A stretch of DNA of 50,634 nucleotides from a virus (lineage: Duplodnaviria; Caudoviricetes), in the IMG/VR virus record IMGVR_UViG_3300044490_000254, positions 1 through 50,634 of that record. One strand, 5' to 3'. The position numbers and the translations under genes are program-made. This document shows, one piece after another, positions 9,185 to 16,902 of this stretch. The notes below the pieces were generated by a model that had not been told where the DNA came from, searched no databases, and saw nothing but the letters and a program-made list of their open reading frames with translations. Numbering within the stretch: position 1 is the stretch's first letter; the number at the start of each line of letters is the position of its first letter.

Positions 9185-9185
9185 T

Positions 9186-9317
9186 ATGGCGGAGAAGATT
9201 GAGGGAAAGCCACGCCCCAAGAAATCGGATGTTCGGCCCGAGCGGTTCTACGAGGACGATCCGAAGGCGTTCGAGTTTGTGCCTCGTAAGGGTGCGGAGA
9301 AGAAAGACAAGAAATGA
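9186..9317 (+). CDS. 43-aa charged protein downstream of the ART
   Basis: GGAGGAGG RBS; MAEKIEGKPRPKKSDVRPERFYEDDPKAFEFVPRKGAEKKDKK. Confidence 0.65.
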   Translation: MAEKIEGKPRPKKSDVRPERFYEDDPKAFEFVPRKGAEKKDKK

Positions 9318-9553
9318 CGCCCCATTCGTATTGGATCGTGGGCCGGTCGCTGCGGCAGGCGGATGACCTGGTGATGTGGCAGAAGATCGGGACCTTTCTG
9401 TCCCATGAGGACGCCGTGGCGTTCGGCAAATACGAGAAGGCGGATATCCTGCTGGAGGTTCCTATAGGTCAGTATGTGGCGGCTGTTGGGGACATCTGCG
9501 TGTCGGATCGAAATGTATGGTCCTCTCGGCTGAAGGAAAGGCCATGCCGTTAG
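9314..9553 (+). CDS. Hypothetical protein
   Basis: ATGA overlap with the upstream gene. Confidence 0.6.
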   Translation: MTPHSYWIVGRSLRQADDLVMWQKIGTFLSHEDAVAFGKYEKADILLEVPIGQYVAAVGDICVSDRNVWSSRLKERPCR

Positions 9554-12500
9554 CGACGAATCAGATGTGGCTGAAGACCTACGGGCGACTTCCGTGGTGG
9601 CGGGAGCCGGCTCCATCTTCATTGGTGAAGGTCTATTTCGACCCGAATCAACCAAGGGATGAGATAGGACAATGGATCGATACCGGTGGCGGCGGTTCAA
9701 AATCATTGCCGGGTGTTGAATCGAAGGGATCTCCTGATAAGAGCGCAATCAGAAGTTGGCAGATGCGGGGGAATCCTAAAAACATAGATGGGTATTATGT
9801 CGGGGGTTTAGGGAATTTGCTTGGATTGAAAGGGAAGTCTGCGAACGAGTTTGATAATAAGGTCGCCGACCTTTGGGCAAAACACGATGTGGCGAAGGAT
9901 ACGGCGGATATGGATGCCCGTCGAACTCTGACTAAGGAATTGGCCGATTCCCTGGCCACTTTCGAATCGAAATATGCTGCGACGCTGTCTGGAATTCGAG
10001 GAATTCGACTTGAGATGGACGAATTTCATCGTTTAAATGCTGATACGCATAGAGGCCGAGAGCCGCTTCTTGTGTCTAGTCATTGGGTTTTGAAGGCGTT
10101 GAGCGGAGGCGATCTCAGCCGAGCGAGGGAGCGGTATTCCTCGCATGATGAGGCTCATTTCTATCAATCCGGATTGTCTCGCCAGCCGACCCAGTATGAG
10201 CGCAAGGTGAATTTCGTCGCTATCGGGTCGGAACTGGACAATCTGGAGGCGCAGGGTCGGGAACGGGTCCGCGCACTATTGACTGGAGCGAAGGACAAGC
10301 TGCTGTCCCTCGTGTCCCGAAAGCTGGCGGACAATTCATTGACGACGAGGTTTGTGAATGACCTGGAGCTGCGTGGGCTAGGGCAATTGATTCCTACATT
10401 GAGAGAGATTTTGCGGAGCGGATTCCAGCAGGGACAGCAGAGCGCCAAAGCCGAGGTGAAGTCTGCTTGGACTATCGAGAAGCGGATGTCGCAAGAGAAC
10501 GGGAATACGACAATCAAGGATGCGATTCGCACATTGGTAGCGAAGCATCCTGAATTGACGAAAGACCAGATCCTGGGCGCGCTCAAAAAGCTCCGAGATA
10601 AGAAGCCGGAATTGTTTACTGCCAGAAAGTCCGATGTCCATGACTACCAGGTCCGCCACGTCTTGACAGGATTGCCGCCGGAGAAAGCGCTGGAGTTCTT
10701 TGAGTCCAAGGCGACATTATGGGGCGCGGAACTGCGCGATCCGATCCTTCGAGACGCGAAGAGCGTGCTGTACAATGTGATCAAGACTGGTCAGTCGCTG
10801 CGCGAGGCGCAGGCGGAACTGGAGCGGGTGTTTCTGCCGTATCTGGGCGACCCGGACCAGATGGTCGACGAGGAGATGCTGACGCCGTACCGCCTGGAGA
10901 CGACGATCCGCACCAATGTCATCGAGGCGTTGAACGAGGGGCGCAAGGCGATGTTCCAGCCTGAGGTGGACAGCGGATTCATCATCGCCTACCAGTACAG
11001 CGCGATCATGGACGCCAGGACCACGCGGGTGTGCCGCTATCTTGACAGGAAAATCCTCAGGCCGAACAGCCCTGAGTTGGACAGCTTGAGTCCGCCGAAT
11101 CATTATAATTGCTTTGTTGATGGGCAAACGCGTATCTATACGGTACATGGATGGAAGCCGATACGGGCGCTGGAAGTTGGGGATTTGGTGCTGACGCATG
11201 CCGGAAGGTTTCAGCCTGTGACATGTGTACATCACAAGCAGCAGCCTCAGCAATATGCTGGTGATGTTATTAAGTTGCATGTGTCCCGTCCAAACGCTTC
11301 GGGAAAAGGCAAGCCTCCTCTTATTCATACGATGACGGTGACCCCAGATCATCCTGTTGCGGTTGATGCAGGCTGGGTTCCTGCGGCACAGGTCAAAGAA
11401 GGGGACCGTGTTCGTTGTTTGGGATCGGCATGTCTTCGATGCGGAACAATAACTCCTTGGTTGACGGCGCAGCAGCCGAAGTATTGCAGTCGAAACTGCC
11501 ATATACAAGTCGTGTCACGAAAGGGTTGGCTGGTGCCTGGACGCCGGGAATACATGTCCAAGATCATTTCAGCTCAAATGCATCGTGAATATGCAAATGG
11601 GACTCGCGGCAGGAAAAAGATCACTGAAAAGGCGAATGCAGCAACTCGTGCCTTATATGCAAATGGAAAGGGAAAGGGAATGTTTCAGCGTCCTGAAGTG
11701 CAGGAAAAGATGAAAGACGCTAAACAAAAGAGTGCGAAATGGCGGCATGCGATCACTGAGGGGCGGCGGGGTGACAAGAATCCTTTGAGTAAATATCCGT
11801 TGTTTGCGCAACAAATAGGAAAACGATTACAAGCCTTTGTGGCGGCGCATCCTGAAAGGCATGGAAATCGGGTGATGGGCCGTGCGGTGATGGCTGGACA
11901 TGAAGGCTACCTATCAAAAGGACAGCGCAAGCTCTATGCTCTTGCACAATCTCTTTCTTATGGAGTGGTGGAACTGGAATATCCTATCAAAACCGAGCAG
12001 GGGTTGTTCTTTGTGGATGTGGCATTGCCGAGCCTTCAACTGGGACTCGAATTCGATGGGTCTTATTGGCATCAGGATGTTGAGAAAGATCTGCGTCGGG
12101 ATGCTTTGCTGGCACAGGAAGGTTGGAAGGTCATTCGGTATCGAGATGCTGTCCCATCGTTGTCTGCGCTTCGGGAGGATGTTGCGCGACTTGCAGCGAA
12201 TCATGCCCAGCAATATGTGTGGGCAACAACGACAGTAGAAAAGGTTGAGCGATGGGCATTGCGGAAGCCTCGGCAACTCTATAATATCTCTGTGTTGGAG
12301 GACGAGAGTTATGTTGCAAAAGGATTTGTTGTCCATAACTGTCGCAGCATCCTGACTCCCATCTTTCGCACTGAAGGGCCGGTGATGTTCGCTTCTGCGG
12401 AGGAGATCGCCCAAGGAATCAATCTGAAAGGCAAAGGATTCTGTGATGAGCAAATTCGCCATGACTACTTCGACCCGAACCAGCCACGAGATAAGATTGG

Positions 12501-13377
12501 ACGATGGTCCGGTGAAGGAGGCGCGCTAACATCCGGCGGGACAGGAAAGGATCGGGAGTTCCGGGATGCCAATGGTAATCTGGTGACGGATCAGGCAACG
12601 CTGAGTCGGATTGCCGGACTGCGAATCCCGCCGATGTGGACCGATGTGGAGGTCAGCGCAAATCCCAAATCCGAGTTGCAGGCGGTCGGGAAGGACGCGA
12701 AAGGCCGGACTCAGTATTTGTACAGCGCGGAAGCGACAGGCAGGAATGCCGCAGCCAAATTCGAGCGTGTCGCGAAGTTGGCGAAAGTGTATCCGAAACT
12801 GGTGGCCGGTGTGGGAAAGGACATCGCCAGGGGAAAAGAGGAAGCGATCGTGGTGGGCTTGATGCTGGGCTCCGCGATGCGCGTTGGTTCGGCTGGGGAA
12901 ACGCTGGCGAATGTGAAAGCCTTCGGCGCATCGACATTGGAGGCCCGTCATCTTTCGGTGTCCGGGAACGTGGTGCATTACGATTTCATCGGCAAGAAGG
13001 GAGTGGCGTGGAAAGGACAGATCGATGATCCCCAATTGGCTGGTGTCATTAAGCCGTTGCTGAAGGGCAAATCCGGGTCTGACCGGGTATTCTCGACATC
13101 GGCGGAGAATGTGAACGGCTATCTTAAAACGTATGGGCAATTTTCTGCGAAGGATCTGCGCACGTTGATCGGCACGTCTCTGGCGCAGCGCGAATTGAAG
13201 AAGTCGGCGATGCCAACCACCAAGACCGACGCGAAGAAACTGGTGGCGTCGGTGGCGAAAACTGTGTCTGGGTTTCTCAGGAACACCGCAGCGGTGGCGA
13301 AGAGTGCCTATATCAATCCCATCGTGTGGGCTCCGATGGAAGCGCGATTTGGATTTGCGGTATTGAAGACAGGATAG
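9544..13377 (+). CDS. MuF (SPP1 gp7-like) head morphogenesis protein with intein and C-terminal type IB DNA topoisomerase
   Basis: MuF: RLETTIRTN, YQYSAIMDARTTRVC, PPNHYN/CRS. TopIB: IPPMWTDV, LQAVGKDAKGRTQYLY, MRVG, FIGKKG, SAKDLRT, LRNT..VAKSAYI. Confidence 0.9.
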   Translation: MPLATNQMWLKTYGRLPWWREPAPSSLVKVYFDPNQPRDEIGQWIDTGGGGSKSLPGVESKGSPDKSAIRSWQMRGNPKNIDGYYVGGLGNLLGLKGKSANEFDNKVADLWAKHDVAKDTADMDARRTLTKELADSLATFESKYAATLSGIRGIRLEMDEFHRLNADTHRGREPLLVSSHWVLKALSGGDLSRARERYSSHDEAHFYQSGLSRQPTQYERKVNFVAIGSELDNLEAQGRERVRALLTGAKDKLLSLVSRKLADNSLTTRFVNDLELRGLGQLIPTLREILRSGFQQGQQSAKAEVKSAWTIEKRMSQENGNTTIKDAIRTLVAKHPELTKDQILGALKKLRDKKPELFTARKSDVHDYQVRHVLTGLPPEKALEFFESKATLWGAELRDPILRDAKSVLYNVIKTGQSLREAQAELERVFLPYLGDPDQMVDEEMLTPYRLETTIRTNVIEALNEGRKAMFQPEVDSGFIIAYQYSAIMDARTTRVCRYLDRKILRPNSPELDSLSPPNHYNCFVDGQTRIYTVHGWKPIRALEVGDLVLTHAGRFQPVTCVHHKQQPQQYAGDVIKLHVSRPNASGKGKPPLIHTMTVTPDHPVAVDAGWVPAAQVKEGDRVRCLGSACLRCGTITPWLTAQQPKYCSRNCHIQVVSRKGWLVPGRREYMSKIISAQMHREYANGTRGRKKITEKANAATRALYANGKGKGMFQRPEVQEKMKDAKQKSAKWRHAITEGRRGDKNPLSKYPLFAQQIGKRLQAFVAAHPERHGNRVMGRAVMAGHEGYLSKGQRKLYALAQSLSYGVVELEYPIKTEQGLFFVDVALPSLQLGLEFDGSYWHQDVEKDLRRDALLAQEGWKVIRYRDAVPSLSALREDVARLAANHAQQYVWATTTVEKVERWALRKPRQLYNISVLEDESYVAKGFVVHNCRSILTPIFRTEGPVMFASAEEIAQGINLKGKGFCDEQIRHDYFDPNQPRDKIGRWSGEGGALTSGGTGKDREFRDANGNLVTDQATLSRIAGLRIPPMWTDVEVSANPKSELQAVGKDAKGRTQYLYSAEATGRNAAAKFERVAKLAKVYPKLVAGVGKDIARGKEEAIVVGLMLGSAMRVGSAGETLANVKAFGASTLEARHLSVSGNVVHYDFIGKKGVAWKGQIDDPQLAGVIKPLLKGKSGSDRVFSTSAENVNGYLKTYGQFSAKDLRTLIGTSLAQRELKKSAMPTTKTDAKKLVASVAKTVSGFLRNTAAVAKSAYINPIVWAPMEARFGFAVLKTG
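9637..9675 (+). repeat. FDPNQPR-x3-G-x-W peptide motif, copy 2
   Basis: Encodes FDPNQPRDEIGQW. Confidence 0.9.
11110..12339 (+). mobile_element. Intein (410 aa) with Vsr/DUF559-type endonuclease
   Basis: Starts CFVDGQTRI, block B TVTPDHP, ends YNISV..ESYVAKGFVVHN followed by Cys. Splits the MuF PPNHYN|CRS motif. Endonuclease motifs VDVALP..GLEFDGSYWH..DLRRD..GWKVIR. Confidence 0.92.
12469..12510 (+). repeat. FDPNQPR-x3-G-x-W peptide motif, copy 3
   Basis: Encodes FDPNQPRDKIGRWS; followed by GEGGA as in copy 1. Confidence 0.9.
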
Positions 13378-13381
13378 CGCA

Positions 13382-13543
13382 ATGCAATTGCTGATATCGA
13401 TCGATGAGATGGAAATGCTGCAGGAGATGCTGTCCGCTCAGCATTGGACGGACGTGGTCCCGCCGACTGAGGGGTTGGATGATCCGGACGACGATGAGGA
13501 AGGCTCCGTGCGCTTGGCGTTGGATGAGCAGGAAGAGGACTAG
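13382..13543 (+). CDS. 53-aa very acidic protein (not in the ORF track)
   Basis: MQLLISIDEMEMLQEMLSAQHWTDVVPPTEGLDDPDDDEEGSVRLALDEQEED fills the gap exactly; its stop abuts the next ATG. Confidence 0.7.
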   Translation: MQLLISIDEMEMLQEMLSAQHWTDVVPPTEGLDDPDDDEEGSVRLALDEQEED

Positions 13544-14341
13544 ATGTCGAATCTCGTAGACATCGGCATCAGCGTGCGGGAGTCGGAGAATAACCCGTGG
13601 CTGGACCGGCTGATGAAGTCCCTGGAGGCCAGGTCCGCCGGGATGGAGGCCGACGTCTACATTGAGAAGGGCAAGGAGCTGACCAAGGTTGAGAAGCGCA
13701 TCCGGCTCTTTCGGCGCTCGCAGGCGCGGTATCTGGTGCTCATGGAGGACGATACGCAGGTGCTGCATGACGGATGGCTGGTCAATCTGGTGTGCCGCAT
13801 GTCGGCATTTCCGAGCATCGCGGTGATGAATCCGGCGGAGACCCGGCATCCTGCGGAGGATGTGCCGGAGAGCGCTCTTACGGATTTGACTCAGGAGGTC
13901 GCGTATTGCTGCGGGTTCTGCATGGTGGTGGACCGTGAGAGCGGCGTCGAGCCGGATGTCCGGGCGCAGACCCTTGAGGACCTGTGGCTGAGCCTGACGG
14001 CGCGGGCGAAGGGTTGGCGCTGCGCCAGGACGGAGGCGGCGATCGTCCGGCACACGAAGACGCCGTGGGGCAGCGATGACCTCAAGCCCGACGAGCAGTC
14101 CGACCGGAGTCGGTGGGGGGAGGGGTCTGATTATTACAATACGCTCAAGCATGAGCGCAAGCGGAAGCACGAGGCGAAACTGATGATCGAGGTGTTTGGG
14201 GATTTGGCCCGGATGACGTTGCCGAAGGAATTGATACAGGATCAGCGGATTGATCCCTTGTACGCAGGACCAGAGCTTGATGTGGTGGAGAAGACAGTCG
14301 TTGGAGATGCACAGTTGGCGTTGAGCGGAATGGGAGGATAG
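13544..14341 (+). CDS. GT-A fold (GT2-like) glycosyltransferase
   Basis: YLVLMEDDTQV (DxD-like), CGFCMVV, EDLWLSL..RAKGW, IVRH. Confidence 0.75.
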   Translation: MSNLVDIGISVRESENNPWLDRLMKSLEARSAGMEADVYIEKGKELTKVEKRIRLFRRSQARYLVLMEDDTQVLHDGWLVNLVCRMSAFPSIAVMNPAETRHPAEDVPESALTDLTQEVAYCCGFCMVVDRESGVEPDVRAQTLEDLWLSLTARAKGWRCARTEAAIVRHTKTPWGSDDLKPDEQSDRSRWGEGSDYYNTLKHERKRKHEAKLMIEVFGDLARMTLPKELIQDQRIDPLYAGPELDVVEKTVVGDAQLALSGMGG

Positions 14342-14345
14342 TCTG

Positions 14346-14534
14346 ATGTCGGTGAGTCCGGGAACGGTTCATCAAAAATGCGGCGGTCGATTTTATCGAA
14401 CCATGATTAACGGGAACCCTGCTGTCCGCTGTGGGGGCTGCGGGTTCACGAAATATGCGGGTACCAGCGTGGATCGAGGAGTGCGTGTGCATAATCCATG
14501 GGAACAGACCGAGAAAGAGGCGCAGCGCGGATGA
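14346..14534 (+). CDS. Small Zn-ribbon protein
   Basis: GGAGG RBS; HQKC...CGGC. Confidence 0.6.
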   Translation: MSVSPGTVHQKCGGRFYRTMINGNPAVRCGGCGFTKYAGTSVDRGVRVHNPWEQTEKEAQRG

Positions 14535-14690
14535 TGTCGGCGACACGAGCGGGTCAGAGTTCTCTTCTTCTCTGCCTCCAGCCCTACGTGCCTGTCGGAC
14601 AAGGCCACGGGTCCTGGTCGTGTGTCCGCGCCGACATGATGAATAGTAAAATGCTGGTGTCCTATGTGGCAAGGTGGAGGGGTGGTTTGT

Positions 14691-16343
14691 ATGAGTGAGA
14701 CGTTCGTGTTGAACGGCGTTCCGATCTTTTCGACAGGGCGGTGGAATAATGACGAGTATACCGAGGCGGACCTGGACCATATGATTGCGGCATATAACCA
14801 GGTCGGGTTCAAGCCGCCGATCAAACTGGGGCATGATCCGAGTCAGCCGCTGGCGAAGAGCGATGGGATGCCGGCTATCGGATGGGTGACGAACCTCCGG
14901 CGCGTTGGGAAGCAGCTCTACGCCGATTTGCAGAATCTGCCGAAGAAAGTCTACGAGGCTATTAAGCGGAAAAACTACGATCGTGTGTCCGCCGAGGTCT
15001 ATTGGGACTATAATGAGGGCTCAGGTAAGGTGTATCCTCGCGTGCTCAAGGCCCTGTCGCTGCTTGGAGCGGAGATCCCGGCGGTGACGAGTCTTGCGGC
15101 GTTGGAGGGGTTGTATGATGCGTCTGGGCATGCATTCAAGCGATATGATTTGTTTTTTCCATCTGAACAAGTGCCTATATCACCCATGATGCAAGGGGAG
15201 GAGAAGAAGAAGGACCGCTCGTTGGTGGATTACCGACGAGGCGGTGAGGATCTGCATAGGGAGAAGCGGGAGAGTTATTGCGGGAGTTGCAAATTCTTCT
15301 GCGGGATGTTTGATCCAGATGGTAAGCAAATTTCGATATCTTGTTGCGCATTGGTGTTGGGCGATGTCGCGTCTAATATGTTATGCGATCTGCATGAGTA
15401 TGCCGAGCCGTTTGCCGTAGCGAATATGTCTATGGATCAAAAGGTCTACATGATCGAAAAGCGAGGCAAGAAATGGGTGCTGGTCTCGAAGACCACGGGC
15501 GAGGTGCTTGGCGAACATGAGACCGAAGGGGACGCAATGGCGCAGGAGCGCGCCATCCAGGCGGGTAAATCCAAGAAGAAGGAGTCCATGATGATGGCGG
15601 AACAACAATCGGTAGAAGAAACCGATCCTGGCGAAGCTGCCGGTGGGAGCGAGGAAGATACAATGAGTGTGGAACAGGATGCGAAGATTGCGGAATTGAC
15701 GGCGAAACTGTCCGCACAGGAAGCGCAGAATGCGACATTACAAGGGCAGATAATGGAACTCTCTGACAAAGTGGCCGAGTTCAGCGCGAAGTTGCCGGCA
15801 GCGGAGGCCAGGGCGGCTGAGCTGGAGGCGGAGAAAGCAGAACTCGCTGAACAGAAGCGGAAGGCCGACAAGGAAGCCTGGTTGTCTGCGCAGACCACGG
15901 AGGGCAATTTGAAGATCCTGCCAGTGGAGTTGCCAATCGTGGAGCATGTGTACGATCAATTGGAATCTGGCGGGTTGAAGGTGTATACGACTGCCGATGG
16001 CACAGAGATTGACACGTTATCGGCGTTTAAATCTCTATTCGAGTCACGTAAGCCTGGTACCATGCTGTTCACGGAGCTTTCTCAGGGGCGCGGGACGGAG
16101 ACGGCTGGTGAGCCTGACGCTGGGAAGACGGGGATAATGAGTATTAGCGATGCTCGATTGGAGGCCACCAGGCGGGCCAAGGAATACATTGCGCAGAAGC
16201 CTGGGGCAACATTCAAAGAGGCCCTGTCTCATGTGTACAGCGCCGATCCTGATTTGAAGTCCAAGGCCGCTGGGGTAACTCCGCAGGGAGAAGCGAAAGC
16301 GGAAGCTGGTCAAGATCGGATGGTATCCCTGTTCAGGAAATAG
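14691..16343 (+). CDS. Mu-like prohead protease fused to scaffold
   Basis: PIKLGHD, PAIGWV, YDRVSAEV, LSLLGAEIPAV, then Cys-rich and coiled-coil regions; upstream of the capsid genes. Confidence 0.85.
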   Translation: MSETFVLNGVPIFSTGRWNNDEYTEADLDHMIAAYNQVGFKPPIKLGHDPSQPLAKSDGMPAIGWVTNLRRVGKQLYADLQNLPKKVYEAIKRKNYDRVSAEVYWDYNEGSGKVYPRVLKALSLLGAEIPAVTSLAALEGLYDASGHAFKRYDLFFPSEQVPISPMMQGEEKKKDRSLVDYRRGGEDLHREKRESYCGSCKFFCGMFDPDGKQISISCCALVLGDVASNMLCDLHEYAEPFAVANMSMDQKVYMIEKRGKKWVLVSKTTGEVLGEHETEGDAMAQERAIQAGKSKKKESMMMAEQQSVEETDPGEAAGGSEEDTMSVEQDAKIAELTAKLSAQEAQNATLQGQIMELSDKVAEFSAKLPAAEARAAELEAEKAELAEQKRKADKEAWLSAQTTEGNLKILPVELPIVEHVYDQLESGGLKVYTTADGTEIDTLSAFKSLFESRKPGTMLFTELSQGRGTETAGEPDAGKTGIMSISDARLEATRRAKEYIAQKPGATFKEALSHVYSADPDLKSKAAGVTPQGEAKAEAGQDRMVSLFRK

Positions 16344-16489
16344 AAAATAGATGTGGCATGAAGGGTCTGCGCATCGCAGATCGAGCGCGTGGAAGATCGG
16401 CATCCGAATCGGGTGATTAGAAGGGATAAGAGTAAACGTGGCGAGATCAAAAAAACACGTATGGCTGTGATGCCTAGATTAGGGGACGT

Positions 16490-16876
16490 ATGGCGGAATC
16501 CATAGCAGCGACAGGCGGTGCAATTGAGTTCACTGCCGTCAGTGAATGGGATGCCTCCGGCGCTCAATATCGGGGTGTTCGGTTCAGCACGACAGTAGAC
16601 AACAACGTGCGGGTGGCTTCTGTTACTGGGGTGGCGATTGTCGGGGTCCTGCAGAACAAGCCCACTTCCGGTCGAGCGGCCCGTGTTAGAACGCATGGGG
16701 TGACGAAGGCTGTAGCAGGAGCGGCGATTACCCGTGGAGATCGCGTGGATTGCGATGCTCAGGGGTATTTCCGCACAGCGGTCGGGAGCAACTATGCAGG
16801 ATATGCAAGAGAGACCGTGGTCGCATCGGGGACGTTCACGATGCTGTTGAATCCGCAGTATGCTGGTGCCGCCTAA
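16490..16876 (+). CDS. Capsid decoration/cement protein (DUF2190-like)
   Basis: IVGVLQNKP, GVTKAVAGAAITRGDRV; lies between scaffold and major capsid genes. Confidence 0.8.
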   Translation: MAESIAATGGAIEFTAVSEWDASGAQYRGVRFSTTVDNNVRVASVTGVAIVGVLQNKPTSGRAARVRTHGVTKAVAGAAITRGDRVDCDAQGYFRTAVGSNYAGYARETVVASGTFTMLLNPQYAGAA

Positions 16877-16902
16877 TAGCGGCAGAGAGGAGTAGCCACA
16901 TC

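Noticed and set aside
12550-13374. Tyrosine integrase as the identity of the MuF C-terminal domain
   Set aside because: The fold is related, but IPP.W.DV, GKDAKGRTQY.Y and AKDLRT are TopIB-specific patterns.
16344-16489. Possible structured RNA between scaffold and decoration genes (TCTGCG/CGCAGA, GGCATC/GATGCC, ACGTG/CACGT)
   Set aside because: Stems are only 5-6 bp and could arise by chance; not supportable without covariation data.
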